DNA from: Chrysomallon squamiferum
Taxonomy: Eukaryota; Animalia; Mollusca
Assembly (NCBI GenBank): GCA_012295275.1
Contig: CM022676.1
Span: forward strand, 9,982,001-10,046,000
Reading direction: 5' to 3'
Length of the DNA stretch: 64,000 nt
The translations under genes were made by a program, and so were the position numbers. This document shows positions 13,830-28,750 of this stretch, piece by piece. The notes beneath the pieces were generated by a model, which searched no databases, was not told where the DNA came from, and saw nothing but the letters and a program-made list of their open reading frames with translations. Numbering within the stretch: position 1 is the first letter of the stretch; every line of letters starts with the position of its first letter.

Positions 13830-14782
13830 GCTCATTTTTGAGGCTGGTGATTGTGGACTGAACATTGCTTAATGTAAACATTTAGCAATATTCATCTGTG
13901 AGGCCATTGATTGTGGACAGAACATTGCTTAATGTAAACATTTAGCGATATTCATCTGTGAGGCCTGTGATTGTGGACAGAACATTGCTTAATGTGAACA
14001 TTTAGCAATATTCATCTGTGAGGCCTGTGATTGTGGACAGAACATTGCTTAATGTGAACATTTAGCGATATTCATCTGTGAGGCCTGTGATTGTGGACAG
14101 AGCATTGCTTAATGTGAACATTTAGCAATATTCATCTGTGAGGCCATTGATTGTGGACAGAGCATTGCTTAATGTGAACATTTAGCAATATTCATCTGTG
14201 AGGCCATTGATTGTGGACAGAACATTGCTTAATGTGAACATTTAGCAATATTCATCTGTGAGGCCATTGATTGTGGACAGAACATCTTAATGTTTAGCAA
14301 TATTCATCTGGCCTGTGATTGTGACAGACAGAACATTGCTTGATTGTGAACATTTTAATGCTGCAACGTTTGCAACGTTCAGTCCACAATCACTGTGAGG
14401 CCAGTGATTGTGGACTGAACATTGCTTGATGTGAACATTTAGCGATATTCATCTGTGAGGCCTGTGATTGTGGACAGAACATTGCTTGATGTGAACATTT
14501 AGCGATATTCATCTGTGAGGCCTGTGATTGTGGACAGAACATTGCTTGATGTGAACATTTAGCGATATTCATCTGTGAGGCCTGTGATTGTGGACAGAGC
14601 ATTGCTTAATGTGAACATTTAGCGATATTCATCTGTGAGGCCTGTGATTGTGGACAGAACATAGCTTAATGTGAACATTTAGTGATATTCATCTGTGAGG
14701 CCTGTGATTGTGGACAGAACATAGCTTAATGTGAACATTTAGCGATATTTATTCCTCTTTGAGGCTGGTGATTGTGGATGGA
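13830..14782. repeat. 60-bp minisatellite array 1 (about 15 units)
   Basis: Unit aacattgcttaatgtgaacatttagc(a/g)atattcatctgtgaggcctgtgattgtggacag; consecutive 60-nt lines are nearly identical. Confidence 0.95.
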
Positions 14783-15707
14783 ATGATTCGTTACCACAGA
14801 GTGATTGTATTTTCATTCTGCTAAGACTACAATGAAAAAGTTTATTACCTGTTTTAAACAGTTATTTTACTTTAAAATATTAGTGACTACATTACCAAGA
14901 TGGGTATAGCTATGTAATGGCAAACATTTTGAACAATGGACGAAGTAGCCAGTAACCTGGTGTGTGAATTAATGTACTGAAGTTTGTTATAACTCAGTGT
15001 ATTTTGTTTACTTAGGGTCACTAAAGATGCCAAGGAAGTGATAATTGTGACTGCTATGACGGTCACTAGAGGATTAATAAAAAGTATGCACATCACTTAA
15101 TGAACAGTGATTATTGTAAATGGTAATTTTACTTCTTAACTTTAAGTGTTCTACTTCAGTGTTATCAGTATCAGGAATATCTTACAAATGTTCTAGGTAT
15201 TTGACTGAAATTTGGGTACATAATATGTTTGAAGAAAAGTGTTGTATTCTTTATTTAATATCTCAGAATTCATATGTTTTTAAAAATGACAAGGAAGATT
15301 ATATAATTGAATTAATAATTCAACTATAAACATTTCAGTTCGTTTTTAAGATGCAACAAATTACACGAAGAGCTTCAGAAGAATTATAGCATTTTCTGAA
15401 TTTTGTATGTTGATAATGTCAGCAAACCACTTTGTAATATCATGTAAAGTAGAGGTCCAGACGAAGAGTATCAGCATTTTTATGTGAAATACATTTTATT
15501 CATAATAATATGTATCATTTAAAGTATGTCGAAATTATCTGAATGCTAGGATCTCACATTTTGTTATACAGGTAAAGCAGCATTTGTTTGCTCCTGTAGT
15601 GTTTTGGTTTTTGTTAAACCAATGTACTAATAATTCTCAGCCAAGCCATCTCAAGATAATGTCATTTTGTGATTTGTAAATATATATTCATTGTTAAAAT
15701 GCATCAT

Positions 15708-16128
15708 TTTAATGTGAACATTTACTGGTATTCACTTTTAAGGACTTTGATTGTGGATTGAACTTGGCTAAATGTGAACTTTAGCTGTATTTGTCTTTGA
15801 GGCCTGTGATTGTGGATTGAACATTGCTAAATGTGAACATTCAGCAATTTTCATCTCTGAGGCCTGTGATTGTGGACAGAACATTGTTAAGTGTGAACAT
15901 TCAGCAATTTTCATCTCTGAGGCCTGTGGTTTTGGATGGAACATCGCTAAATGTGAACATTCAGCAATTTTCATCTCTGAGGCCTATGATTGTGGATTGA
16001 ACATTGCTAAATGTGAACATTCAGCAATTTTCAACTCTGAGGCCTATGGTTTTGGATGGAATATTGCTAAACGTAAATATTTCGCAGAATTCATCTTTGA
16101 GGTATGTGGTTGTGGATTGAACAATTCA
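15708..16128. repeat. 60-bp minisatellite array 2 (about 7 units)
   Basis: Same 60-bp family with variant positions. Confidence 0.9.
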
Positions 16129-17327
16129 TGATCACAGAATGATTTTATCTTAATTCTACCATGACTGAAATGTTTATTATTATTATTATTATTATTATTT
16201 GATCAAAATTATATTCAAACAGTTATTTTGATCACTATCTAAATATAATGTATTTGTGAAATAAAGAGATTAATGAAAACAAGGCTAAAGGAATAGATAT
16301 GTCTTTAACCAGTGAATGATACTCGAACAGTAAACAAGCCACATGAAATCAGAGATAGGTGATCAAGAATTCCATACCTCTAAATTCAGTGTTTAATCAG
16401 TCAGAATTATTTTCTCTAAGTCATGGTAGAATGAATTTATTAGCTGTTTTAAACAGTTACTTTACTTTAAAATGTTAACTATTTCATTACCAAGATGGGT
16501 ATAGCCATCTGATGGCAAACATTTTGAACAATGGAACATGTAGCCAGTAACCTGTTCGTGGATTAATACACTGTTTGTATATCTCAGTGTATTTTATTTA
16601 CTTTGGGTCACCAAAAATGCTAAGGGAGTCACCATTATGACTGCTTTGATGGTCACTAGAAGATTAATAGAACTATGCATATCACTTAATAAACAGTGAT
16701 TGTTATATTATTTTACTTCATGCCACTTACACGTTCTACTTTGGTTTGACTAAAGAGATATTATGAATGTTTTAAGAATGCATTAAGTATGTAGTTGAAA
16801 TGTAGTTGAGTACATTTATATGTTTGAAGAAATGTTTTTAAAATTTTTTTGCTCAGTATTTCAGAATTTATAACTGAAATAATGATTCAGCTGTAAATAT
16901 TTCAATTATTTAATTGCAACTTAAATTATATGAACTGGTTTAGACAAACTGATGGCATTTTCTGAATTTTATATAGATGATTGTAGCTTCATCAAATAAA
17001 TTTATGTCATTAATATTAGGAATAAAGTAGCCTTATAATGTCATGTAAAGGTTTGATCCCGACAAATAGTTTCTATATTTTGCTTGTAAAATATATTTTA
17101 TCTGTAATAATAATAATATCTATTCTATAAAGTATGTCCACATTATTTGAATAGAAGTATCTCACATTTTGTTATACAGGTAAAGCACTTCTTATCCAAA
17201 ATGCTTAGCAACTGTAGTGCCATAGTTTTTGTTAAAATAATGTACTAATAATTCTTAGTCCAACAATCTCAAGATACTATTTTTTTATGATAGGTAAATA
17301 TAAATTCACTGTTGTAAGAATGCATCA

Positions 17328-17745
17328 TTTTAATATGAACATTCACTAGTATTCATTTTTGAACACTTTCATTGTGGATTAAACTTTGCTAAATGTGAAT
17401 GTTTACTAACATTGGTCTTTGAGGACTTTGATTGTGAATTAAACTTTGCTTAATGTGAACATTTAGCAGTATTCATCTTTGAGGCCTGTGATTGTGGATT
17501 GAAAGTAGCTAAATGTGAACATTTAGTGGTATTTGTCTTTGAGGCCAGTGATTGTGGATTGAACATTGCTGAATGAACATTCAGCAAAATTCATCTTTGA
17601 GGCCTGTGATTGTGGATGGAATATCACTAAATGTGAGCATTTATTGGAATTCATCTTTGAGGCCAATGATTGTGGATCGAACGTTGCTATGTGAACATTT
17701 ACTAGTATTCATTTTTGAGGTCTGTGATTTTGGATTAACAATTCA
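17328..17745. repeat. 60-bp minisatellite array 3 (about 7 units)
   Basis: Same 60-bp family, more diverged. Confidence 0.9.
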
Positions 17746-18924
17746 TGATCACAGAGTGATTTTATCTTCATTCTACCTTGACTAAGATGTATATTACTAT
17801 TTGATGAAAATCTTTTATTCAAACAGTTACTTTGTCCAGTATTTAAATACAAATGTATTTTAAAGAAAAAAGATTAATGAAAACAATGCTAAAGGAATTA
17901 TATATGTTTTTAAACAGTGAATGATACTAGTACACCAGTAAACTGGTCACGTTAAATCAGAGGTAGGTGATCAAGAATTTCATAAATTCAATGTCTAATC
18001 AAATCAAAATTATTTTCTCTAAGTCATGGTAAAATGGATTTATTACCTGTTTCATACAGTTATTTTACTTTTAAAATATGAATTAGTTATTTCATTACCA
18101 ATATGGGTTTAACCATGTAATGGGAAACATTCTGAACAGTGGAAGAAGTTGCCAGTAACCTGGTATGTGGATTGATACACTGTTTCTTATAACTCAGTGT
18201 ATTTTATTTACTTAGCATCACTAAAGATGCTAAGGAAGTCACAATCATGACTGCTATGATGGTCACTCAAAGATTAATGTAAAGTATGCATATCACTTAG
18301 CAAACACTGATTATTATAAATGGTCATTTTACTTCATGTCACTTAAGCATTTTACTTTGGTTTAACCAACACAGAATATTAGGAATGTCTTAAAATGTTC
18401 TAGATATGTAGTTGAAATTTGAGTACATAATATATTGATGAAAAGTTCCTTAATCAGTATTTCAGAATTCATATATTTTTGAGAATGTCAATGAAGGGTT
18501 TATAATTGAAATAATAATTTAGCTGTAAAAATTCCAATTTATTCTTTAATTACATGCAAATTAAATTACATGAAACTTGTTCAGACAGACTGATGGCATT
18601 TTCTGAGTTTATAAATGATAATATCAACAAATCACTTTATAATGTCATGTAAAGGTTTGGTTGAGACAAACAGTTTCTACATTTTGCTTGTAAAATATAT
18701 TTTATCCGTAATAATATCTATCCTATAAAGTTTGTTCACATTGTTTGAATAGTAGTATCTCACATTTTATATAACAGGTAAAGCACTCCTTACCCAAATC
18801 ACTTAGTCTCTATAGTGCTATAGTTTTTATAAAACCAATGTACTAATAATTCTCAGTCCAACCATTTCAACATAATGTCATTTTGTGGTTAGTAAATATA
18901 TATTCATTATAAAAATGCATCATT

Positions 18925-19522
18925 TTAATGTGAACATTTACTAATATTCACCTTAGAGGACTTTGATTGTGCGTTGAACATTGTTAAGTGTGAGCATTTA
19001 GCAATATTCATCTTTGAGGCCTGTGATTGTGGATTGAACATAGCTGAATGTGAACATTCAGCAGAATTCATCTTTGAGGCCTGTGATTGTGGATTGAACA
19101 TTGCTAAATGTGAACATTTGGCAGAATTTGTTTCTGAGACCTGTGATTGTGGATTGATCATCAGTGAATGTGAACATTCGGCAGAATTCATCTTTGAGGC
19201 CTGTGATTGTGGACAACATTGCTAAATGTGAAGATTTGGCAGAATTTGTCTCTGAGGCCTGTGATTGTGGATTGAACATCGCTGAATGTGAGTATTCAGC
19301 AGTATTCATCTTTGAGGCCTGTGATTGTGGACCGAACATTGCTAAATGTGAACATTTAGTAGCATTTGTTTCCAAAGCCTGTGATTTTGGATTTATCATT
19401 GCTAAATGTTAACATTTCGTAGTATTCGTCTCTGAGGCCTGTGATTGTGGATAGAACATTGCTGAATGTGAATATTTATTACTATTCATCTTTGAGGCCT
19501 GTGATTTTGGACCGAACAATTC
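18925..19522. repeat. 60-bp minisatellite array 4 (about 10 units)
   Basis: Same 60-bp family. Confidence 0.9.
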
Positions 19523-22500
19523 AGAGTGATTTTATCTTTATTCTACCATGACTTAAATGATTATTATTATTATTATTATTATTATTAATATTATTAATAT
19601 TTGATGATAAACTTTTATTCAAACAGTTATTTTGTCCAGTATTTAAATATGAATTTTGAAGTAAAAAGATTAATGAAAACAAGGAATAGATAATAGACAT
19701 TTGTTTTTAAATGGTGAATGATACTCATACACCAGTAAAACAGTCACATCAAATCAGGTAGGTGATTAAGAATTCCATTCCTGTAAATTCAGTGTTTGAC
19801 CACTCAGATTTGAGGATTTTCCCTAAGTTTCAGTAGAATGAATTTGTTACCTGTTTCAAACAGGTAGTTCACTTTAGAACTATGAATTAGCTACCTTGTT
19901 ACCAAGATGGGTATAGCCAGTAATCGCAGATATTTTGAATAATGGAAGGAGGAGCCAGTAACCAGGTATGTGGATTAATAGGCTGATGTTTGTTATAACT
20001 CAGTGTATTTTATTTACTTAGCATCACTAAAGATGCTAAGGAAGTCACACTCATGACTGCTATGATCGTTACTCAAACATTAATGAAAAGTATGCATATC
20101 ACTTAGTAAACACTGATTATTAGATTATTTTACTGCAAACCACATGCATTCTACTTTGGTTTGGCTATAAATGAGTAAATATGCTTTAGATAAGTAACTG
20201 ATTTGTACATAATATATTTGTAGAAAAGTTTTGAAGTTCTTTATTTGATGTTATTTCAAAGTGTATGTTTTTTAAAATGATAAAGAAGAATATATAATTG
20301 AAATAATAATACAGTTGTAAATATTTCAGTTTATTTTTCAGTTATGTGCAACTTTAATTATATGAAGTGATTCAGACAGACTGCTGGCATTTTCTGAAAT
20401 TTGCATGTGTTGATAATATCAACACCACTTGATAATGTCTTTAATATTAAAATAAAATAGCTTTATAACGGTTATGTCAAGACAAATATTTTCAGCATTT
20501 TGCTTGAAAAATACGTTTTATCTGTAATTATTTCTATATTGTAAATTTTTATGGTCATTCAATGACAAATGCTGAGCTGATTTAGTATATATTTTGTTAT
20601 AGTCTTAAGCTTCTGTAGAGTCTCAGTTTTTCTTGTGCCCATGTATTCTCAGTTGAATCAACAATCCAATCAGCTAGAGATGAGTTTCATTTTGTAATTT
20701 GTAAATACAAATGCACTGTTGTAAAAATGCTTCATTCTAAGGCCTTAAATTAATAAGCAACACAATTTATAGTTCAGTTTTTTAATGTATATTTTTATTT
20801 AAAACATAATTTAAAAACAAAAGTGGTGGGGGAGGGGAAGATTTTTCTAAAAGATTCCATCCTGCATTTTCAATTGTGTTCAGTATATTAAAATAAAATA
20901 CTTCATAATTTCAAGAAAGGTTTAGTCCAGGCTTCATTCCTGATCAGGCATAAATAAATTCTGCAATTTCCTTGAAATTATATTTTACCTGCAATATTTT
21001 AAAATCTTGTATGTAAATTGCGTTCCCAATCTCTAACGAGTGCTAAACAGTTTTCTGTGATTAGTTTCTCACATTTTTCTGTACAGCTAAAGCATTCCGT
21101 ATCCAAAATTTTGGCTCTATTTTGTTCTTGGTTGTTGTATTTTGTATAAAACAAGTATATTTATGTATAATCCTCACTACAACAGCATAACATAGCTGGT
21201 TGTCTTAATAAATATATGTTGAAAAATAAAATAATCATCAAATATGATTTATACCCTTTTATAAAAAAAAATTCCATTGTAATTTGGTTTCATTATTATA
21301 GTTTTGATAACTGTGTCTAATATGGATGTTGAAAAATACATAAAACAATATCAGTATATTGGATAATTTATTTTAACTTTCTCTCTGTTTACCTGGCTAT
21401 CAGTGCTGAAAATGAATGTACTGAAAAACAGCTTATAACAATTTAAAAATGGAAAACAAAAAGAAAGAACATTTTGAATATTTGCACTCAGTAAATTGGG
21501 AGTAAGATTTCATTCCACAGAGTTTGTTATATTTGAATAAGGACTTAAAATTTATACTTTTGGTTTTAACTTCTTTCTCTTGAACAGAGACTCTTATTTG
21601 AAACCATTATTTGGCTCTTCAAATGACATGAGTATGCTTTAATGTCTGTTCTGGACCAGTCTGTAAATGCAGGCATTAAACCATTTATCCAGCTTCAAGA
21701 AAATTAACTACTGTTTTAAAAACTGACTACATTTAAATTTGGCATACAGTTGTTCTGGATGATGTCTGTTGAATAACACCAGTTTAAATGAGAATGTTCC
21801 TGAGTAGAGATGATCCTTTCATAATATGTTGTTATAAATATTTGTTAAATGTAAATATGTTGTTTTTCTGTCTTTTTTTTTATTATTTGATTTTTGTCCA
21901 ATATATTATATGTGGTATTGTAAGAATTGTAAACATGTTTAGAAGTCTGTTAATTTATACCTGTATCGTTTAAATAAAATTATGTTCTTAACTTTTTTCT
22001 TCCATTTAATTTTTACCCTTTATATATGCATGCTACAGGTATTCCATTTTAGGAGTTGTAAGTAGATTAATAAAGATCAAACAGACCCTGCTTTAAGAGC
22101 GTGCTAATTTATATCATATTATTTTTCATTGTTTATTTTAAATATATATTTAGCCTTTATAGACAAAACAAAAAACACCTCCTGTCCTAGGATAGCCAGA
22201 TAAATTGTTCAGTACTTACTCTAATTTTTCTCTTCATTAAGTAAACTAATACAGTTTGGTATCATTCTTTTGCTACTTTTCTCCCATGAAATGTGCATGA
22301 ATTAAGAAAAAATTATTCTTTGACCCAGTTACAAATATTACCATTGAGACATAGGGCATCAGCAGATGACTTTGGTAAAGTTTCTTCAGATTTGTGTTCT
22401 GTATTAAACTTTCGAGCTGTTTTTTTGATTCTTATTAAACATTAATTGACGTTGTTTAAGAAAGCATAATTCTTACACCCTTCTGCTGCAGCAAGTATGA

Positions 22501-23226
22501 TGATTCAGATGAGAAACATTTCTTGACATTATATAAACATATGTTCATTTCTCCAGTACATGTAGACATGAAAATGTAGAACATTCATTTCTCAGTTTAC
22601 AATTAATGTATTTGTCTAGGGAAACTAACTGGCTTATTTACACTTGATATATTGGCAAAACAAAGACTTAGATCACAGGTTTGCATGATCAGGTGCTCCC
22701 TCATCACACTGAATCACAATCTTCATTTGGTATCTCCTTCATTCCTGTATTTCCCTGCTACGTCTAAAAATAAATGTCCAGGCATTTAGTAAAGTTGGCA
22801 AGAAAATTTATTTTTCTTGGAATGTGAGGCAGTTAGCAAAATAATAAAAGTGCTCCAAAACACACAGCAGGGTTAATATCTGTTACACAGATAAGGTATA
22901 CAAGTAAAACCCACTTAAAACAAAATCAGAGAATCAGAAAATGTTGTTACTCCTGTATTGTTGAATAAAGCTTGATACTTAGCCAAACCACTTAACAGTT
23001 GAATCCTTAGCAGTAGGAATGATGCCATGTAACCAGATTAAAAAATAATAATATTTTTTTTTAAATTTATAAAATAAAAAGTTTTCTGTAGGTTCTTAAA
23101 TAAGACATTTATTTTCTATATCCCTTACATTTTTTCTGCAAAGTTGAAATATTAAAATTGTTCAGTGACTTTAGGTACATTGTGTCATATATTTTTGAGT
23201 GTTCATTTTATTTACTTTTATTTTAT

Positions 23227-23260
<34 letters not shown>

Positions 23261-23399
23261 ACTTGCAACATTGCAGCAGAAATTATACTTGTTCATCCAT
23301 GTGTATGGATGCTATCTCAACATATCCATTTTCTTGCAAAATGTTTTGGACAGTTACAAGTTACATGTTCATGATCAAATGTCCTGCTTATTAAGGCTG

Positions 23400-26300
23400 C
23401 CTAAATAAATTGTGGGTTCTGTTTGATCAACTTAATTGAAATGAAAACCTCTTTCATTATGAAACTGAGATTCTGATAGAAAAGATTACGTGAATATCTA
23501 ATGATAAACTTGTTATGACTTTAAATGCTTAAGATGCTATTGTGTAACTTTACTAAATGAACAAATTAATCAGTTTTCAATTGTCTCTATTGTTCACTTT
23601 CATCTATCTGTGACAAGAAAAATGGTACCAAAATACAGTTTGCATCATACGGAATATGAATATTAATAAAACAAAATAATTATATATTCAATAAGTAGCT
23701 TTCCAATCTATCTGAAGCAACCTAATTACATAGATAAGTATAAATCATTTCTTATGATAAAGTGAAAACTAGGACTAGTTTTCATTTTTCCAACACCATC
23801 ATTGGTTATTCCGTTTTTGTTTCTGCTGTAATACATGATTGAATCAAAAATGAATTTGACGTGGTTGTCTTCAGAGAATAATGTCTTCAAGATTAAATAA
23901 TTAATGTTTGGTATCCATGGATGAGGATTATTATTATTATTTGAGTTTTTTTCATTTTCATTTTTTGTTAAGTACATACTTCAGTACAGATACAGAGTAT
24001 ATCAATACAGAGATAATTCTTGTTTAACAATGTGCCTTGTTTTATAATACAGTTCCCTCCCTTCCAAAATATATATCACACATTTTCTGTATTTAAAAAT
24101 TGTTCAATGTAAACTTGTAAGTAAAATGTAAGTCCTCAGTTCCTTTCAGCATGCTGTTTTCTTTTATTGTAGAAGGTAGTTTTCCATTCTAATTAGAGAT
24201 AATTACATAGCAAGGCATAAATCATTTCTTGTGGTCAAGTGTGAAGCTAGGGTTAGTTTTCCATTTTTCAAACCCTATCATTCATTATGTTGATCTTTTC
24301 TCCTGGAAACTGTTTCAAAGTTGTATCAAAATAAGGAGTTTAAGATGAAATAATTGTTTCTTTTTTATAGTATACCTTGATGAGGATTAGGTTTTCTTGT
24401 TTGTTTTTGTCTTCTTCTTCTTCTTATTTTTATTATTATTATTACTGTATTTTGGTCATTAACTTCATATTTCAGTACAGCTACAAATTATACCACAACA
24501 GAAATAATTTGTTTTTAGCAGTGTACTTTTTTCTTACTACAAACCCCGCTTACTTCATATATATTTATCACAGTATTTCTGTAAAATTGTTCAGTGTAAA
24601 ATGTTAAGTAAAATTTAGCTAGTCAGTTGTCTTGAGCCTGCTAATTTCTCTTACTGTTTGTTATGAGCCGTGTATTTTTCAGTTATTAATTGCAACAAGT
24701 AACACAAGCTAGAATTTAAAAAGGATTATCTTAGCTTCTTTTTCAGTTATTCTATTTTCTTTTATAGAAATTACAAATAACAGTCCCTTCTTTGAGGTTT
24801 ATGTTGGGAAACTGTCATAGTGAGAGACATTTAGATTTTTTATTTCTTTTTTATTTTGAATTTTTTTTTATTTATTTGTTCATTTATTATTATAATAAGA
24901 AACAGATACAAAATAATCATTCAGATCCATGTTCCTGGTTATTTCTCAAAAGAATCCTGTATACTTTCAATAAGTAGCTTTCCATTTTAATTGGAAATAT
25001 CCTAATTTATGAGTAGTCACAAATTATTTCTTACGATCAGATGTAAACTAGGACTAGTTTTAATGTTTCAAAAACTGTCATTGGTTATTCGGTTTTTGTT
25101 TCTGCTGTAATGCACAATTGAATCAAAATGAAAGTTTTTTTTACTTTCAATAAGTAGCTTTCCATTTTATTTGGAAATATCCTGATCACATGGCTGGTCA
25201 CAAATTATTTCTTACAATAAAGTGAAAACTAGGACTAGTTTTCATTTTTCCAACACCATCATTGGTTATTCCGTTTTTGTTTCTGCTGTAATACACGATT
25301 GAATCAAAAATGAATTTGACGTGGTTGTCTTCAGAATCTATGAAAATAATGTCTTCAAGGTTAAATAATTTTAATTTGGATGAGGATTATTTGTATTTGT
25401 TTTTTTCATTTTGCTTCTTTGTTAAGTATACATACTTCAATACAGATACAGAACATCATACAAAGAAGATCAGTGTTCAACAATGTGCTTTTTGTATGTT
25501 AAAATTCCTCTCCCCAAATATTTATCACACATTTTCTGTATTTAAAAATTGTTCAATGTAAACTTGTAAGTAAAATTTAAGTCCTCAGTTCCTTTCAGCC
25601 TGCTGTTTCCTTTTATTGTAAAATAGTCGGTTATATTCTCTGTAATTCAGTATGAAGTGCAACAAGTAATGCAAACAAAAATTTAAACATGATAATCTTA
25701 GCTTCTTTTACAGTTGTTTTATTTTCTTTCTTTTTTTAGGAATTATAAATAACATAGTCCTTCGTGGAGGTTATTGTTAAAGTTGAGAAATTGGGAAATT
25801 GTCATTGTGAGACATGTTTAGTTTGTTTACTATTATATTTTGAACATACATACATGTGAAATTTAATTTAATTTAATTTAATTTTATTTTATTTTGCTTT
25901 TTTGTTCAAAGCATCAACTGAATTCACTTTTGGGCTTATTTTTCTCTCTGCTTTGACTTTGTAATGCTTAAGATGCTCTTGTGTGACTTTTCTGACTGAA
26001 GTAATTACTGTTTTCCATTGTCACTATTATATAGTTTTGCATATCTGGAAGTGGTATCAAAATAAAGCCTATGTTGTGCTGAATATGAATATTTATGAAA
26101 CAAAAATAATTGTTCATTCACTTCCAGGTTTCATGTTGACTTCTTAAAACTTAATAATTAGCGTTCCATTCTATTTGGAAATAAGTTCATAGCTAACTGG
26201 CTGTTCTGCTTTTGTTTCTCCTGTAATATACAGTTGTATCAAATTGTATTTAACATTGCTAACTTCAGAATCCATAAAAATAATCTATTCAAGATGTAAA

Positions 26301-28537
26301 TGGTTTTAATTTGATATCCCTTGATGAGGATTACGTTTGTATTTTTATTTATTTATTTATTTTCATTTTCATTTTTTGTTAAGTACATACTTCAGTACAG
26401 ATAGAGTATATCAATACAGAGATAATTCATGTTTAACAATGTGCCTTGTTTATAATAGTTATCTCCCTTTCAAAATATCTATCACATTATTTCTGTAAAA
26501 ATTGTTCAAATTACAATTTAGAAAAATAGAAATCCTCAGTTATATCTGTATTGCAACAAGTAACATAAGTATTATTTTAGCTCCTTTTTCAGTTATTTTC
26601 TTTTCATTTATAGAAATTATAGATAACGTAGTACCTTCATTGAGATTTTTGTCAAAGTTGGTTTTTGGCACAGTGAAAAATATTAAGGTTGTTTACTTTT
26701 TTTTAATGTTTTCATATTTTATTTATTTATTATTAAACATAAATATGATGTAGTTGTTCATTCAGTTCCAGGTTTCTGGTTTATATTTCAAGACGATAAT
26801 TATTTTTATTTAATAAGTAGCTTTGTTTCTATTTTGAAATATCCTAATTACATATCTAAGCATAAATCATTTCTTATGATCAAATGGAAGCTTGCACTAG
26901 TTTTCATTCTTAGAACACAGTCATTGGTTATTCCGTTTTTGTTTCTGCTGTAATACACAAAGAAAACAAAATAAATTTGATGTGGTTATCTTCAGAATCC
27001 ATGAAAATAATGTTTTCAAAGTTAAATAATTTTAATTTGGTATGATTGGAGGAGGATTTTTGATTTTATTTTTTTTTTTTTTTTTTCCCCCTTTTGCCTG
27101 TTTGCTAAGTACTGATTTCATTACAGATACAGATTATATCAATACAGATATAATTGATGTTTAACAATGAGCCTTTTCAATACTCTAATTACCCCCACAT
27201 TTATCACAAGTTTTCTGTATTTAAAAATTGTTCAATGTAAACTTGTAAGTGAAATTAAGTTCTCAGCTGTTTTCAGCCTGCTATTTTCTTCTGTTGCAGA
27301 ATAGCAGGTTATATTCTGTAAGTTATTAATTGCAACAACAAAGTTAGAATTTAGAAATGATTGTTTTAGCTGCTTAATCAGTTATTTTTTAGTTGTTTAT
27401 TTATTTATTTATTTTTTTTTTAGTCATTAAATAAAACAGTGTCCTTTCATGGAGGTTACAGTCAGTTGATCAATTGTCATAGTAAGACATTTTTAGATGT
27501 TTTGATTATTTTATTTTATTTTATTTTATTTATATTTATTGGTTACTCTTTTTTTTTTTTTTTTTTTTTCAAGACATTTGTATACTACAGCATGATCTCT
27601 TCAGTGGATTAACTGAACTTTGTTGATTGATGTTTTCTTACTCTGATTTAATTTTTATAATGCTTAAGATTTTCTTGTGTAACTTTCCAGATTTAAATTA
27701 GTTTTCCATTGTCACTATTATTCTGTTTTGTATATTTGTGGCAATGGAAATGATATCAAAATAAAGCTTATGTCATACTGAAGATAAATATTTATAAAAT
27801 GCAAATATGAGCCAGTCATTTGTTCACTTCCAATTTTCTCTGTTTCTTCTTGAAACAAGAGAATCATTTAAACATTATTAAGTACCTTTCCATTCTGTTT
27901 GAAAATATCCTAAATACGTAACAAGTCGTAAATTATTTCTTATGATGATGTGGAAACTAGCACAAGTTTTCATTCTTAAAATGCCATCATTGGTTATTCC
28001 GCTTTTGTTTCTCAATTGTATCAAAATGTATTGCACATGGTTAACATGAATAGATAAACATAATCTATTCAAGATGTAAATGATTTTAGTTGGATATCCC
28101 TTGATGTTGATTACTTTTTCATTATTATATTTATTTATTTTGCTTGTTTGTTAAGTAAATAGTTCTGTACAGATTGTATCAGTATAAATATAATCCATGT
28201 TTAATAATGTGCCTGTTTTATATTATAATTCCTTCTCTCTTCTGAATTATTTCTGTTTAAAAAGTATTCAGTGTAAAACTGTAAATAAAATTTATCAGTT
28301 GGCCCTCAGTCTGAATTATTGTAAATGTGTAAATAAGTTATTAATTTAAAAATGATTATTTGCTTATTTTTCAGCTCTATTTTTTAATATTTTTTTTTAA
28401 ATAAAAATTTATATACACTTTTATATGTGATAATGTATAGTTTACGTCAAAGTTGAGAAATCAGGACACTGCCATAGTGAGACATTTTTAGATTGTTTAC
28501 TTCTTTTATATTTATTATTATTATTATTAAATTTTTT

Positions 28538-28572
<35 letters not shown>

Positions 28573-28750
28573 CAAAACATTTGTACACTATAACTCGATC
28601 TCTGGAATGGATTATTTTTGTCTCTGCTTTAACTCTGTAAAGCTTAAGATGTTTTTGTGTGACTTTTCTGTCTGAAGACGTTATTCCATTGTCAAAATTA
28701 TTCAGTTTGTTATATCTGTCGCGATGAAAGTTACATCAAAAGAAAGATTT
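23400..28750. repeat. Diverged kb-scale complex tandem repeat
   Basis: The module aataagtagctttccatt...actagttttcatt...tcattggttattccgtttttgtttctgctgtaata recurs near 23690, 24175, 24968, 25148, 26155, 26812 and 27880; atgcttaagat recurs near 23526, 25965, 27660 and 28642. Confidence 0.82.

Larger units (their letters stand above)
13830..20740. repeat. Higher-order tandem repeat: 4 x (60-bp array plus ~0.9-1.2-kb spacer)
   Basis: Spacer landmarks recur in order (cacagagtgatt near 14796/16132/17750/19522; ttaccaagatgggtatagc; gccagtaacc; aaaatgcatcatttt near 15697/17318/18911/20725). Confidence 0.88.

Noticed and set aside
13830-19522. 60-bp arrays as a CRISPR-like array or a Cys-rich (metallothionein/zinc-finger) repeat protein
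   Set aside because: Units are contiguous with no unique spacers and there are no cas genes in this eukaryotic context; the Cys-rich frame has stops in array 1, indels in arrays 3-4, and no convincing start or splice structure
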